From assembly GCA_964016885.1 (NCBI GenBank), contig OZ024744.1, forward strand, positions 65,286,001-65,350,000: a stretch of DNA of 64,000 bases. The letters run 5' to 3'. Shown here piece after piece: positions 24,278 through 36,886 of the stretch. The notes below the pieces were generated by a model. That model searched no databases and was not told the origin of the DNA. It saw only the letters and a program-made list of their open reading frames with translations. Each line of letters begins with the position of its first letter. Positions within the stretch are counted from its first letter, which is position 1. The stretch comes from Eledone cirrhosa (Eukaryota). The translations under genes and the position numbers were made by a program.

Positions 24278-25379
24278 AAATGATTGTGTACAGTGCTCAG
24301 GCGCACTACAACTCATCAAAAGTGAATGTATAGTACATAGAATAATGTACAAATGTCAGGAAAGTGAACAGTGTATGAGTCATGATATATGCACATATAC
24401 ATCCATGTGTGTGTATGGAGGAGGAATATCAGGTGTAGTGTTGAATGAGGAGTATGTTTGGAGAAACAAAGCCTACCTCAAGTAGACCCAATAGAGGTAA
24501 CAACTTTCCAACTTCACAGAAGTATGTTAACAAATATAATTAAAGCTATGGCCACAAGTAAGACAGGTGGTTCATCAAGTATAGTTGTTGAGATGATTAA
24601 ATTACCTGATACAGTAGGAAGATGTGTTGGTTTGGTGAAGAACAACATCACCAATTATTGGTAAAAATCCTTCTTTGTCCCTCTGTTCAGTATTATGACA
24701 CATTGTTCACTGTTCAGTATTAAGACACATTGTGCCTGCAAGTTACATTCAATGAATCCAGCGTGTAGAAGTCATACCCAATTGTGTCGTTGGATATGAC
24801 ACTTCAGTTGTCAACTGTTACAAGAGGCAAATAAGATGCACTAGAGAGGGGACACTTTCAGAGGCATCAGGTTGTTGAACCAGGTTATGAAAGTTTTGGA
24901 AAGTGTCATAGCACAATTGAGTAGAAAGGGCTCTTTACTTCTGATTGAGTTGTAGGGGTGCTGTACTGAAACATTTTAACCCTAGGGGAGCCCATCCCTC
25001 TCCAGGAGCACAGTCAATTTCTCTTTAAGAGAACAAGAATTGACCCCAACACTCAGTGCCAGATTTACCTGATTATTTAATCAGGTAGTACAAGAAGTCA
25101 TACCCAATTGTCACCTATCCATGATCGGTATATCATGAGTATGTGACAAGAGGATCATGACAAGTTCAATGTCAATGATGGGGGGTAGGGGTGGGGTATC
25201 AAGTAGTGATGTGAGGGGAAAGAAGAGATGAAAGTATATCATTAGTGTAAAACAGGTGATGGAATTTAGTGGATTTTGAATGATGAGAAGGTGAGGATGG
25301 ATAGGGGTGATCCTGGGTATAGGGGCACAGTTATACAGTGAGGGTGAGAGTAGTTTCTAAGGAGTGACTGGGTAGGGGC

Positions 25380-25690
25380 TCACAATTTTTCATGCTGACA
25401 AGTGAGTCTTCTCCAGTTCCACCATTTCCCGTGATCCTTTGTTGTGAGATTCAGCTTTCTACGTTCAGTCATCACTACTCCATTCCATGTCTTCTTAGGT
25501 CTACCTCTTCCATCAGTCCCATCCATTGAGATCTCTCTACATTTCTTTATACAGCTGCCATCTTCCATATGAATCACATGTCCATATCAATGCAGTCTTC
25601 ACTCTTGTACACTACATCCAGTTCCTCTTATGCCCAATTTTTCTCTCTTCTTACTTATGCTACCATTCATACACATTATTAGTACACAAC
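25380..25690 (-). pseudogene. RTE C-terminal fragment
   Basis: MEDGSCIKKCREISMDGTDGRGRPKKTW. Confidence 0.7.
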
Positions 25691-25695
25691 TCTAT

Positions 25696-26221
25696 GGGCG
25701 GTAGTTTGGCAGTAACGGTAGAATGCTAGACACCATGCTTTGCAGCATAGAGTTATGACCCTTTATGTTCTGAGTTCAAATTCCACCGATGTTAACTTTA
25801 CCGTTCATCCTTACGGGGTTGATAAAAGAAAACACCAGTATTACATTAGTGCATCCAGCCTTTTTGTGCCAGGATACAAAATTTCTTTTGAAGAAAATTA
25901 ACTGGAATAATTACGTAATTAATAATTGTTTCTACTTTTGGCACAAGGCCAGCAATTGCCCAGTGTATTACTGGTACTTTATTTTATCGACCCCGTAAGG
26001 ATGAAAGGCAAAGTTAACCTCGGCGGGATTTGAACTCAGATCATAAAGGGCCGTAACTCTATGCGTCAAAGCACGGCGTCCGACCCTCTACCAATACTGC
26101 CAATTCACCAATGTGTGTATATTACTGTGATTAATTCTAATCACACATCCAAATAAAAATGTCCTAAAAGGTAATAATTGTTTCTACGTTAGGCACAAGG
26201 CCAGCAATTACCCAGTGCATT
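25696..26221. mobile_element. Cluster of Meta-type SINEs (25696-25850 +, 25925-26110 -, tail-only 26175-26221 -)
   Basis: Family motifs as above; the tail-only copy has a 61-bp TSD. Confidence 0.8.
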
Positions 26222-26647
26222 ATATTACTGTTATTAATTCTAATCACACATCCAAATAAAAATGTCCTAAAAGGTAATAATAGATGTAATCAGTAGTAAA
26301 AATCCCAATTCAATATTTTGGATTAAATACATTAATGAAGTGTCTATATGTGAAAGGAATAAATGTTGCCATTTGTACATATTTCCTTTTTTCAAAGAAA
26401 GCGACCCTCTTCCAATGATCCAAACTCATTTTACTTCAGAAATATTGTTTTTGTTTTGTTTATTTGTTTTTTGTTTTGTTTGTTTGTTTTTTGTTTTGTT
26501 TTTTACTCAGCCCATTACCAATTCATTTCAGCAGTATTTTTTTTTTTGTTTTCCTCTCCATATTTCAATCAGTCTGCCAATAAATGTTCTCATATTTTTT
26601 TGTATTTAATCTAGGAATATAAAATTAGCAGTATTGTTATATTCTAT

Positions 26648-26960
26648 TGGCAGTATCGGTAGAAGGTCGGAAACCATGCTTTGCAGCATAGAGTTACGTC
26701 CCTTTACGGTATGAGTTCAAATCCCGCCAAGGTTAACTTTGCCTATCATCTTTACGGGGTCGATAAAATAAAGTACCAGTAATGCACTGGGATGATTGCT
26801 GGCCTTGTGCCCAAAGTAGAAACAATTATTATATTCTACTCCGCCTTTCATTTACAAGGTTGATAAAATAAAGTACCAGTAACGTACTGGGTCGGTTTAA
26901 TCGACTTTCCCATTCCCCCAAATCGCTGGCCTCGTGCCTAAATCAGAAACCATGATTATA
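26648..26960 (+). mobile_element. Meta-type SINE (26648-26830) followed by a 5'-truncated variant copy
   Basis: TSD ATTGTTATATTCTA/ATTATTATATTCTA around the first copy. Confidence 0.82.
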
Positions 26961-27286
26961 TTCTCAGGTTCATAAAACTGTATTATTTTAATTGGATGAA
27001 GTTACCTCCCCCTAATAAAGAAAATTAACTTAGTTAACTCCCTTGTACGCATTATGAAGGTGAAAAGTAGGTTGCCTCCCCTTATCAATGGCGCTATCTA
27101 TTTACGATTACTGTTTATGTGTTCTATTAACCACTTATTGTCCCTCTTTCGCTTTTGTTATTTAAACCACGGTTATACTCTTCAATCAGATGATCCCTGT
27201 TGTCATGAAAGATGATTCTGTGTCTTCACGGACCTGAGAACTGCTTGTCGATGTACAATTTCCGTTTGTGTGTAGGCTATTAAGAG

Positions 27287-28967
27287 TGTAGTAAGAGTTG
27301 TCTCCCCTGCCACGACAATTGAATCGCTGTTCTCTAGACAGGAAGTAGGTGGAGTTGCTTCCCTTTGGGATTGACCAAACTCCCTAGTGGTCACTTCCGG
27401 TCAACAGAGATAAAAGGAGCGATTAACCGCGAAATCTCTCTCTCGCCTCCTGATTCCCGAAGTGGTAACATCTTCGACCATAGCTGGATTCTTTCTGGAC
27501 GACCCTTTCGTTACCAGCACAATCCAGCTCACCAGCCTGACAACTTCACAATGGCATTATTGCCATCGGGTAACAACCCTTTACCTTATACACCTTTGAC
27601 TTCTATGAAGTAAAACTTTATCACACACACCAGTACTCTTTGTCTTTTATATTATGTTGCATGTGCACCGATATCCATTTCCTAAAGTGGTGACCCTTTT
27701 TTTTTTTTCCAAAAGTTCACACCTATAATTATGCTGATTGAAGCTTTTCTTTTTCATCATTGTCACTTTCAAAATTGCACTATCATTTTCTCGCGCGTTA
27801 GAAATATTTTTTTTCAACCTTGTATTGGCACGTGTAGGCAGCATAAATTCTCGATTCACTGAGATGTCTCTTACTCACAGACAGCCGCACGCCATTTATC
27901 ACCAGGGATTCTTCAGCCTTAAGCTATATTCTTCTATTTGCCGGTTTATAAATTTACAATGTAAATTTACCGTTGATAACCGCGCATTTATTAAGAATGC
28001 TTATTTCTCTGGTCGCTGGCCTCTTGACCCTTCCAGGTCAACGCATTCTCAACATCGACCATCAACTTCGGCTGCTATTTCTAGCACTTTGCGCAACTCA
28101 TTTTTTCTAAAAAATTTTTGTCTACTGTGAGTTTAAACACCGAATACGCTCACTCAGCGAGACAACAGCAGCAGCAACAGCAATACAGCAGCAACAACAG
28201 CAATACAACAACAGCAACAGCAACAGCACTACAGCAGCAACAACAGCAATACAACAGCAGCAACAGCAACCAAAGCCAGAGAATTTATTTTTGCAGCACT
28301 CTTCCTGTGAGAAAATCCATACGGAGGTTGGAAATTCACGATATACCACAGAACAGAGACCACCTGCATTCATTCTCTGGAACACACTTTCTTTCCTGCT
28401 GTCATGTGACTGCACACCTGTGAACTATATTTTGTACATTTGAACTTTTGACTTTTCTTACTTCCATTACTCTGTACCATATTTTTCATGCCTCTTACAT
28501 GCTCGCCATCTTACTCCATGCATGCTTCTTTCGATTTTTTATGTTTTAAAAATCTGGCGGGGGATACTGTAGTAAGAGTTGTCTCCCCTGCCACGACAAT
28601 TGAATCGCTGTTCTCTAGACAGGAAGTAGGTGGAGTTGCTTCCCTTTGGGATTGACCAAACTCCCTAGTGGTCACTTCCGGTCAACAGAGATAAAAGGAG
28701 CGATTAACCGCGAAATCTCTCTCTCGCCTCCTGATTCCCGAAGTGGTAACATCTTCGACCATAGCTGGATTCTTTCTGGACGACCCTTTCGTTACCAGCA
28801 CAATCCAGCTCACCAGCCTGACAACTTCACAATGGCATTATTGCCATCGGGTAACAACCCTTTACCTTATACACCTTTGACTTCTATGAAGTAAAACTTT
28901 ATCACACACACCAGTACTCTTTGTCTTTTATATTATGTTGCATGTGCACCGATATCCATTTCCTAAA
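27287..28967 (+). mobile_element. Non-autonomous LTR retroelement (Gypsy-like/TRIM-like) with apparently identical 400-bp LTRs
   Basis: LTRs 27287-27686 and 28568-28967; 4-bp TSD AGAG; PBS-like TGGTGACCC at 27688; PPT-like GGCGGGGGA at about 28556-28564; about 880-bp interior with no pol motifs. Confidence 0.88.
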
Positions 28968-29149
28968 AGAGTATATATGTGCTATGCATGTTTTGTGCAC
29001 TTGAATACGATAAGTGTGTGTGTTAATTGGGTTTGTATATGATTGAGTGTGTGTGTGAAAGTGCATATATCTGTTGAATATATTGTGCTTGTGATGTGTA
29101 AAAGAGTACGTACATGTGTGCATTTTTTGGACTATGCGAGAGTTTATTT

Positions 29150-29790
29150 ATGTTCTCTCTTTTGTGCAATTGTTCATCTTGTTTTTTCAGATTTCAAAGG
29201 TTCCAGATACCCCAGCCATTTATAGCTTATGAAGTAAGGAGCTGCATTCTTTCTCCACAAATCCCAGTTCAGACATACTTTTGTCCAGGCGGGTTGTTGT
29301 ATATACTGTAGCTCCAATAATATGAAACTAAACACGTATTTTGGGTACTGTATCTGTGAACTCTTCATTTCCTACATTCACCCAGCTGTCATAATAACGT
29401 TTCCAAGGCTCTTTTTTCTGGTCCTCAGTAAGGCTGAGTGCACCTGTGTCATTTCCAACATGTTTTTCCCCAACGATATTTTGATTCACACTGACACACT
29501 GCTTTACAATGTGGAACACACCGTGCCACTGATCGTCACATCATAGAACATGGGCAAACGTACTTTCAGCTTCTTTATTTGACATGTAAACTTGTTATGT
29601 AGCGTCTCTGTTGATATTGATGTTTGTTCTTTGCTGCCCCATTTTTTCATGCTTGTCGCTTAGCTTTATTGTCTCTGTCTACAGAGATATTTAACCACCA
29701 GGTCACTATTTATCTCTCTAGTACCTTTCTCAAGCCACAGTGGCCTGAAACAAGTTGTCTCATAGAAACTTCCAGTTGTGCTTTATGTAA
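29150..29790 (-). pseudogene. Degraded RTE fragment (EN-RT linker)
   Basis: NQNIVGEKHVGNDTGALSLTEDQKKEPWKRYY; CGLRKVL; WWLN. Confidence 0.55.
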
Positions 29791-30439
29791 TCTATATATA
29801 CATTTCAGTGACTTCCGTCTGTCTGTCACACAATCTGTGTGTTTGTGTGAATGTATGTGAAGGAAAAGGATGGTGAAAAAACTATAGCAAAACGGCAGCT
29901 GGTGTTCCATTTGTTACAATGTGTGTATTTGTGTATGCATGTGTGTTTAGGTGAATGTATGTGTATTTGTGTGAATATATGTTTGTCAGTGCATTTTTGT
30001 AAGTGTGTCTGTGTTTACACGTTTCATTCATCATTCATTCATTTCATTTTACATCCGCTTTTTCCCTGCTTGCAAGGGTGGGACGGGAACTGATTCTGGC
30101 TTGATTTCTACAGCTGGATGCCCTTCCTAACACCAACCTCATTTACAGTGAGTGCTGGGAGCTTTTTTTTTGCCGTGGCACCTGCACGACCACTTTGCAG
30201 TGGAATGATATGGACCCCAGTCCCTATCATCTCATTTCTACAGCTGAGTAAACTGGAGCAATGTGAAATAAAACCACTAAGCCATGTGCCTCCATGTTTA
30301 TATTTATATACTCATACATATAAATGTATGCATATGCATATATATACACACACACATATACACATACGCGTCAGCATGTTGAAAAAAATGCTAGTATATA
30401 TCTATTTTCTCCTCCCTCGTGTATGTGTGTATACTGGCT

Positions 30440-30905
30440 GCATAATACTTGGGAGATGGAACACAAATGAACCGAGAGAAAAGCTGGATACTGGAGGAAT
30501 CACATGTAGTGTGCATGTGAGATGAAGACTGTGCTGGTATGAACCTGTGATATGTAAGAGGATGAAAGCTGTATAAAGAAGTGCAGGGCAGTCGAAATGG
30601 ATGGAAGCTGAGGAAGAGGTAGACCTAGGTAATCATGGGATGAAGTGATGAAGGCTGACTTCAAGAATGAGATTGCAAGGAAGCATAATGGTTGGGTACC
30701 CACTGTAGAGAAGAACCATCCACCAGAGCAAACATGGCAAAACAGTTATAAAATAATGGTTTCTTATTTAGGCATGAGGCCAGCAATTTGGAGGAAGAGG
30801 GAAGTCTATTAAATCGACCCCAGTGTATTACTGGTGTTTTATTTTATCAACCTTGTAAGAATGAAAGGCAAAGTTAACCTTGTAAAGGGCTGTAACTCTA
30901 TGTCA
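30440..30905. mobile_element. RTE C-terminal remnant (+) followed by a degenerate Meta-type SINE (-)
   Basis: RLCWY...CIKKCRAVEMDGS*GRGRPR; SINE motifs at 30755-30900. Confidence 0.6.
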
Positions 30906-31186
30906 CAAAATTGTTAAATAATGCTGATGGTGATAGAGATTGGGATGATAATAGGGAAATGGACCTCTGTCGTTTTCAATGATGAGTACTTCAGTTGTTG
31001 GGTCAAGTGAACACCCTGCTCATGAAATCAACATGTAAGTGACTGAGTATTTCACAAACACGTGTACCCTTAACATATTTATCAGGGCGATTCAACATGT
31101 GTGTGTGTCAGGGCTGGCTTTTTGAATTACAAGTGAAGTCCATCTTGTATTATAGTATATGTAGTTCAGTGGACATATTACATTAA

Positions 31187-31365
31187 CCCTTTAGTATTTA
31201 AACCAGCCATATCCAGCCAGAATTCTCTCACCTTTCTGTTCAAACTGGCTGTAACTGGCCACTCATGCTGATGTTAAGGTATTATGCTCAAAATAAATAA
31301 TATCAAAATCTCATAGCTACAATATTATGTTAGATAATTATGTGAGTAATGTAAATATTAAAGGG
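31187..31365. mobile_element. piggyBac-like MITE
   Basis: TTAA|CCCTTTAGTATTTA ... TAAATATTAAAGGG|TTCA. Confidence 0.65.
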
Positions 31366-31974
31366 TTCATGTAACTCACAGGAAGACTCAGCAATACACA
31401 ATGTATGTGTTGGGATAAGGCTGGCTCTTTGAATTACAGGTTCAGTCTGACAGTTTCCATCTACCCAATTTCACTCCCAAGACTTTTATTAACAACCTTG
31501 GCTTAAAACCATTCATGATTTCATAAATATGAAAAAGAAAGATAAAAGCAAAATTAAGTAATGAAAAAAAGGGGAAGGGGTAAAGAAGGGCAGATCTGGC
31601 TGTATGGGAAAGTAGGAGCAAGGACTATAAATGTTATAGATGAGAGAAAAAGCAAGAACTTTAGGGCCACAGAAGAAAAGGAGGGTGAAGGGAGTGGGTG
31701 ATGGGCTCTGAGCCTAGGGCATGGCAGTGTTTGGGCTGCACCCTACAGACAAAACTGCAATTGATCTGAGGTTATGGTAAATGATATTTTCCCAAGATGC
31801 CAGACAGGAGGATCAACCCCAGAACCCAATAATTGTGAAGTAAATTTCTTAACTACTCAGCCATGTTACATCCAATGGGATGTATAATATATCATTCAGT
31901 CACTTACCCAGTATACTGCTTTTATGTTCCCCATCTGCTCTGTTCATTGTTCTCTCATTTGTTACTGTCTATCT

Positions 31975-32320
31975 CAGAGGTTCTCAAACATTTTGGGCCA
32001 CCCCTCCACCCCTTCACAACCACATAATACCCTCAACACCACCCACCCACCCCTATTTCCAGAGAGACCTGCCTACACATAAATTGTAAATAACATATAA
32101 TAAATAAACTTGTTAATTTATATATAATAAATAATATAATATATACTATGTATAAATAAATATATATATTTTTTATTTTACTATATTTATATATATGTAT
32201 CATTTGATATTTAATATACTATTATATCATCTCTACTGCCCCACCACTCCCTTAGGTCCCAGTCCTCCTGGACCTTCTCAATCCCTCTGCGGGGGGTAGT
32301 ACATATTTTGAGAACCTCTG
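31975..32320. mobile_element. hAT (Charlie-like) MITE
   Basis: TIRs CAGAGGTTCTCAAA/TTTGAGAACCTCTG; perfect 8-bp TSD GTCTATCT. Confidence 0.9.
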
Positions 32321-32403
32321 GTCTATCTTATCCACTGCACTATATTGCCTGAGTAACAAAACAGAATACCTCATATTCAGATGAGGTATTCTCTTTTGTT
32401 ACT

Positions 32404-32581
32404 TGCCGTATCAGTAGAGGGCCTGACACCATGCTTTCCAGCATAGTTTCGTCCCTTTACATTCTGAGTTCAAATCCTGCCGAGGTTAACTTTGCCTTTC
32501 ATCTTTACAGGGTTGATGAAATAAAGTACCAGTAATGCACTGGGTAATTGCTGGCCTTGTACCAAAAGTAGAAACAATTAT
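32404..32581 (+). mobile_element. Meta-type tRNA-SINE
   Basis: GAGTTCAAATCC B box, central domain, tail GGCCTTGTACCAAAAGTAGAAACAATTAT. Confidence 0.8.
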
Positions 32582-32648
32582 CCTGTTATCTCTCTCAGAC
32601 AATCACACAGCTACCACTTTACCACTCTTCCATCATGTTCTTGTTTAA

Positions 32649-33367
32649 CCCTTTAGTATTTACAAAGTGGTCGTGTAGACATCACAACAAAAAGCACCCA
32701 ATCCAAATTGTAAAGTGGTTGTGTAGGTGTCACGACAAAAAGCACTCAGTCCACACTGTAAAGTGGTTGTGTAGGTGTCACGACAAAAAGCACTCAGTCC
32801 ACTGTAAAGTGGTCGTGTAGGCGTCACAACAAAAAGTACTCAGTCCACACTGTAAAGTGGTCGTGTAGGTGTCATGACAAAAAGCACTCAGTCCACGCTG
32901 TAAAGTGGTCGTGTAGGCGTCACAACAAAAAACACTCAGTCCACGCTGTAAAGTGGTCGTGTAGGTGTCATGACAAAAAGTATCCAGTACTCACTGCAAA
33001 TGAGGTTGGCATTAGGAAGGGCATCCAACTGTAGCCCAATCAAGCCAAAATTGGTTCTGTATGAGCATGACATGGTCACTGAACCAGGCATTCCTCACAA
33101 CAGGACAACTCATCTAACCCATGCTAGCGGGGAAGAATGGACGTAAAACAGTGATGATGATGATTATTATTATACTATTGTATTTTCGTGGTAAAGGTTT
33201 TATCTCACATAATTATCTTATAATTATATAATATTGAATCTATGAGACTTTGATGATGATATTATTTATTTTGAGAATGATACCTTAACATGAGTATGAG
33301 TGGCTGGTTATAGCTGGTTTGAACAGAAAGAGATGAGATAATTCTGGCAGGTTTGAATGCTAAAGGG
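32649..33367. mobile_element. piggyBac-like MITE interrupted by an RTE tail with seven 48-bp units (32664-33168)
   Basis: TTAA|CCCTTTAG ... CTAAAGGG|TTAA; the inserted array ends in (GAT)n. Confidence 0.75.
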
Positions 33368-33791
33368 TTAACAAGAGCTGGCACAGAATCTGTATATATT
33401 CAGTACTGCCAACCATCACCTTCTACTACTAGCCATCATTCTCTCTTTCCCTTCCATCTAACTTATACTAGATGTATATCATACTCCTTTATATTCACAC
33501 ATCTCTGCTGCTATGGTCTAAACAACAACAACAACAGCAACATCAACGAGTCTATGTACTCTGTCTAAACAACGACAATAACAACATCAATTATTCTATG
33601 ACTATTACTAAGAAAATTGTGTTGTCATCTTTTGTTTTATTTTTATCATACATTTTCTTAACCTTTTTGGTTTTACAATACAAAACTATTTGTTTACATA
33701 TATATATACATGGACCTGTTATTTTTATCTAAAGACATTTTTTCCAATTCCAACCCGCCCATCCCTTCAATCTATCTTATTTCTCATTCTT

Positions 33792-33827
33792 TCTTCTGAT
33801 GAAGGACTAGCGTCCGAAACGTTAAGA
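33792..33827 (+). ncRNA. Minimal hammerhead ribozyme-like motif (PLE type)
   Basis: TCTT-CTGATGA-A-GGAC tagc GTCC-GAAA-CGTT-AAGA; palindromic ACGT stem III; GUU triplet; sits in a (TA)n-flanked segment at about 33709-33945. Confidence 0.65.
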
Positions 33828-33965
33828 CCCTCTTCCTGCTATTTCAAGCATTAACTTAACATATTCCTTCCATATACTGTACCGATTGTGCTGTTATTTC
33901 TGTTTACGTTTTACATATGCACATTTATATTAATGTTTATATATATCTAAAAACATTCTATCATA

Positions 33966-34408
33966 ATTGTTTCTACTTTAGGCACAAGGCCAGCAATTAC
34001 CCAGTACATTACTGGTACTTTATCGGCCGCGTAAGGATGAAAGGCAAAGTTAACCTCGGCGGGATTTGAACTAAGATCGTAAAGGGACGTAACTCTGCGT
34101 CAAAGCATGGCGTCCGACCCTCTACCGATACTGCCAACCCACTTCCATCATAATGTTATCTGTTAAGCTATGTTTCAAACATCATCTTAATAATAGTTTC
34201 TGATTTAGGCACAAGGCCAACAATTTTAGGGGAGGGGAAAGTCGATTAAATCAACTCCAATGCATTACTGGTACTTTATTTTATTGATCCTGTGGGGATG
34301 AAAGGCAAAGCTAACCTAGGTGGAATTTGAACTCCGGGCATAAAGGGACATAACTATATGCCACATTGCATGTCTGACGTTCTACCGATATTGCGAATCC
34401 ACCACCCT
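33966..34408 (-). mobile_element. Two Meta-type SINEs (33966-34143, 34192-34408), each with a TSD ending ATAAT
   Basis: TSDs TTCTATCATAAT/TTCCATCATAAT and ATCATCTTAATAAT/ATCATCTTGATAAT. Confidence 0.82.
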
Positions 34409-34574
34409 CGATAAATCATCTTGATAATGAGAAAGTTAATTATTTAAATAAATCCCTCCTAATTCAAAATTGCAGAAATATATAAAAACATGTATAAATA
34501 TATTAAAATAAATTTAAATATCTAGATCTTTATTCTATGTAGAAAATATATCATGTAAATACCATTTAATAGAA

Positions 34575-34930
34575 ACAGAATGGTCTTAGGGGTAACGTTA
34601 CTTGATAAAGTGCTTAGTTCGGAGATCAGAGAGTTACTCCAGGTAGAGCTGCTACTTCTTCGAAGTGAGAAATCACAGCTCCAATACTTTGGGCATGTGG
34701 TTAGAATGTCTCAGGAAAGAATTGCTAGACAGATTTTATGGGCAAAACTAACTGGCAGGAGACCCAGGGGCAGACCCCAAGCAAGATGGTTGGATAACAT
34801 CCATGAGCTTGGCTGGTCATGCTTGGGGATCCAACCGGATCATTTGGAGACAGTTGCTTCTGACAGGACCTGCTGGAAGGAATGTTTGAGGGCTCTGCTC
34901 CCACGACCCTTTCAGGAATAAGTGGACGAA
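34575..34930 (+). pseudogene. RTE-family C-terminal fragment
   Basis: QLQYFGHVVRMSQERIARQILWAKLTGRRPRGRPQARWLDNI. Confidence 0.8.
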
Positions 34931-35219
34931 GAAAAAAAGAAAAAAGAAAATTTAGATTGAGAAGAAAGAATGGAATGTAAAATAAGAAAATATAAACAAC
35001 AAAAAAAATGGAAAAGGAAGGGAAAAGCAATGATTCTAGTGTCACAGAAGAATGGGGAGGGGGGGATCTGGGTCTAAGGGGTGGTGCAAAAGCATTCCCA
35101 TTCTAAAATCACAGGTAGTGCCTTTCTATAGAAATATGGTAAGAAAAGGGTTAATCTTTAATTTGTTCAAGAAAAACATGTTATAGTTAAACTTATTTTT
35201 TTCTTTGCATTCTCTTTTT

Positions 35220-35226
35220 CATTTTT

Positions 35227-35278
<52 letters not shown>

Positions 35279-36010
35279 TTTTCCCCTTCCCTTCTCATTC
35301 TTTCTTTCAAAGGATACTTTGCTTCAGAATTATTTACCTACAAACCTTCCCTCACCCCCAACACTATACTAAACCTCCACAACACCGCCCCCAACCTCAC
35401 CATACTAACACCCCAACCCCACCGCCCCTCAACCTTCATCTCCTCCACTATTTACTGTTTTCACCTTCTTCTTTCATGACTTCATCTCCTGGTTGATCTT
35501 CTCTCTGAATTTTCTGTGTGTATTTGTGTGTGTACATGTGTGTTTGTTCATGTGTATGTGTGTGTGTGTTTCACATTTGTGTGTATTTGTTCTTGTGTAT
35601 ATGTGTACTGTGTGAGTTTGTTCATGTGTGTATTTCTTCATTTGTATATATGTGTGTGTATGTTTCACATTCCCTGTTTTCCTCCCACCTGACTGCTCAC
35701 TTATTCCCCCAACAAATAGTGTCCTCCTCCCACCCACCACCACCACCACTTCAGGACACACCTCACTTTCTTTGTTTTGTTTTGTATGTTGTAGTTGTAG
35801 TTGTTTCAAGGTTATAAACTCACGCCTTGCCTTTTTTTTTTTTACACAATGCTGCAAGTTTCAGAAAAGAATTGAAAAAAAAATAACATCTTAAAATAAA
35901 TAAATAAACAAGCAGTAGTGGTGGTGGTGGTTGTAGTGGTAATGGTTGTCATGGTGGTGGTGGTGGTGGTAGTAGCAGCTGCAGCAGCAGTAGTAGCAGT
36001 AGCAGTAGTG

Positions 36011-36080
<70 letters not shown>

Positions 36081-36269
36081 AAACTAGATCTTAGAGTTAA
36101 AATAAAGAAGAGCAGTCTCTCTCACTGGTATAAGCAGGTGTTATTTACAACAAAATAAGTGACAAAAGGCTTCACCTACAACTTTAACTACTTCTATCAA
36201 AACTTAGTTTTCAGGACAAACAATTTCTATGGCTTGGATCTAGTCATTTCTTGTACAATGTAATAAAAA

Positions 36270-36362
<93 letters not shown>

Positions 36363-36545
36363 GACATATATACACACACATATGTGTACATACATACACG
36401 CATGTATGTATACATACATATACACATACATACACATGTATGTATACATACATACACACACACATGCATGCATACATACATACATGCATACATATACATA
36501 CATACACACATATATACATACATGCATGTATGCATTCATACATAC
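35220..36545. repeat. Low-complexity block: (TTTC)n, (TG)n, (GTA)n, (TTTC)n, (CATA)n
   Basis: Directly visible. Confidence 0.85.
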
Positions 36546-36886
36546 ATGATGGCTTCCCCCTCGTTATCGAGTATGGCCACTGCATGATAAAAAAAAAATA
36601 ATGATGACAATAATAATAATAGCAATAATAATAATGATTTCATTTATTGGCCACAAGGGCCGACATATAGGGGACAACACAAAAGACTGGGACAGTGGGG
36701 GTTTACAGAAAAATTGAGTAAACAATATGAATAACAATAACAAAGTAACAAGAAAAATACAAGAAAAATTCCCCAATAAGGGGGGATGACTACCCAGGGT
36801 TCGCCCAGGTACCCCACCAATCCTGAACGATCTGACGCTTCGAGAGCACCCTGGAATGGCACCCCTCTCCTCCTAAATTTACCCAC

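Noticed and set aside
27365-27613. Duplicated 82-aa protein gene (also 28646-28894)
   Set aside because: Lies inside the two LTRs, starts at TTG and has no recognisable motif.
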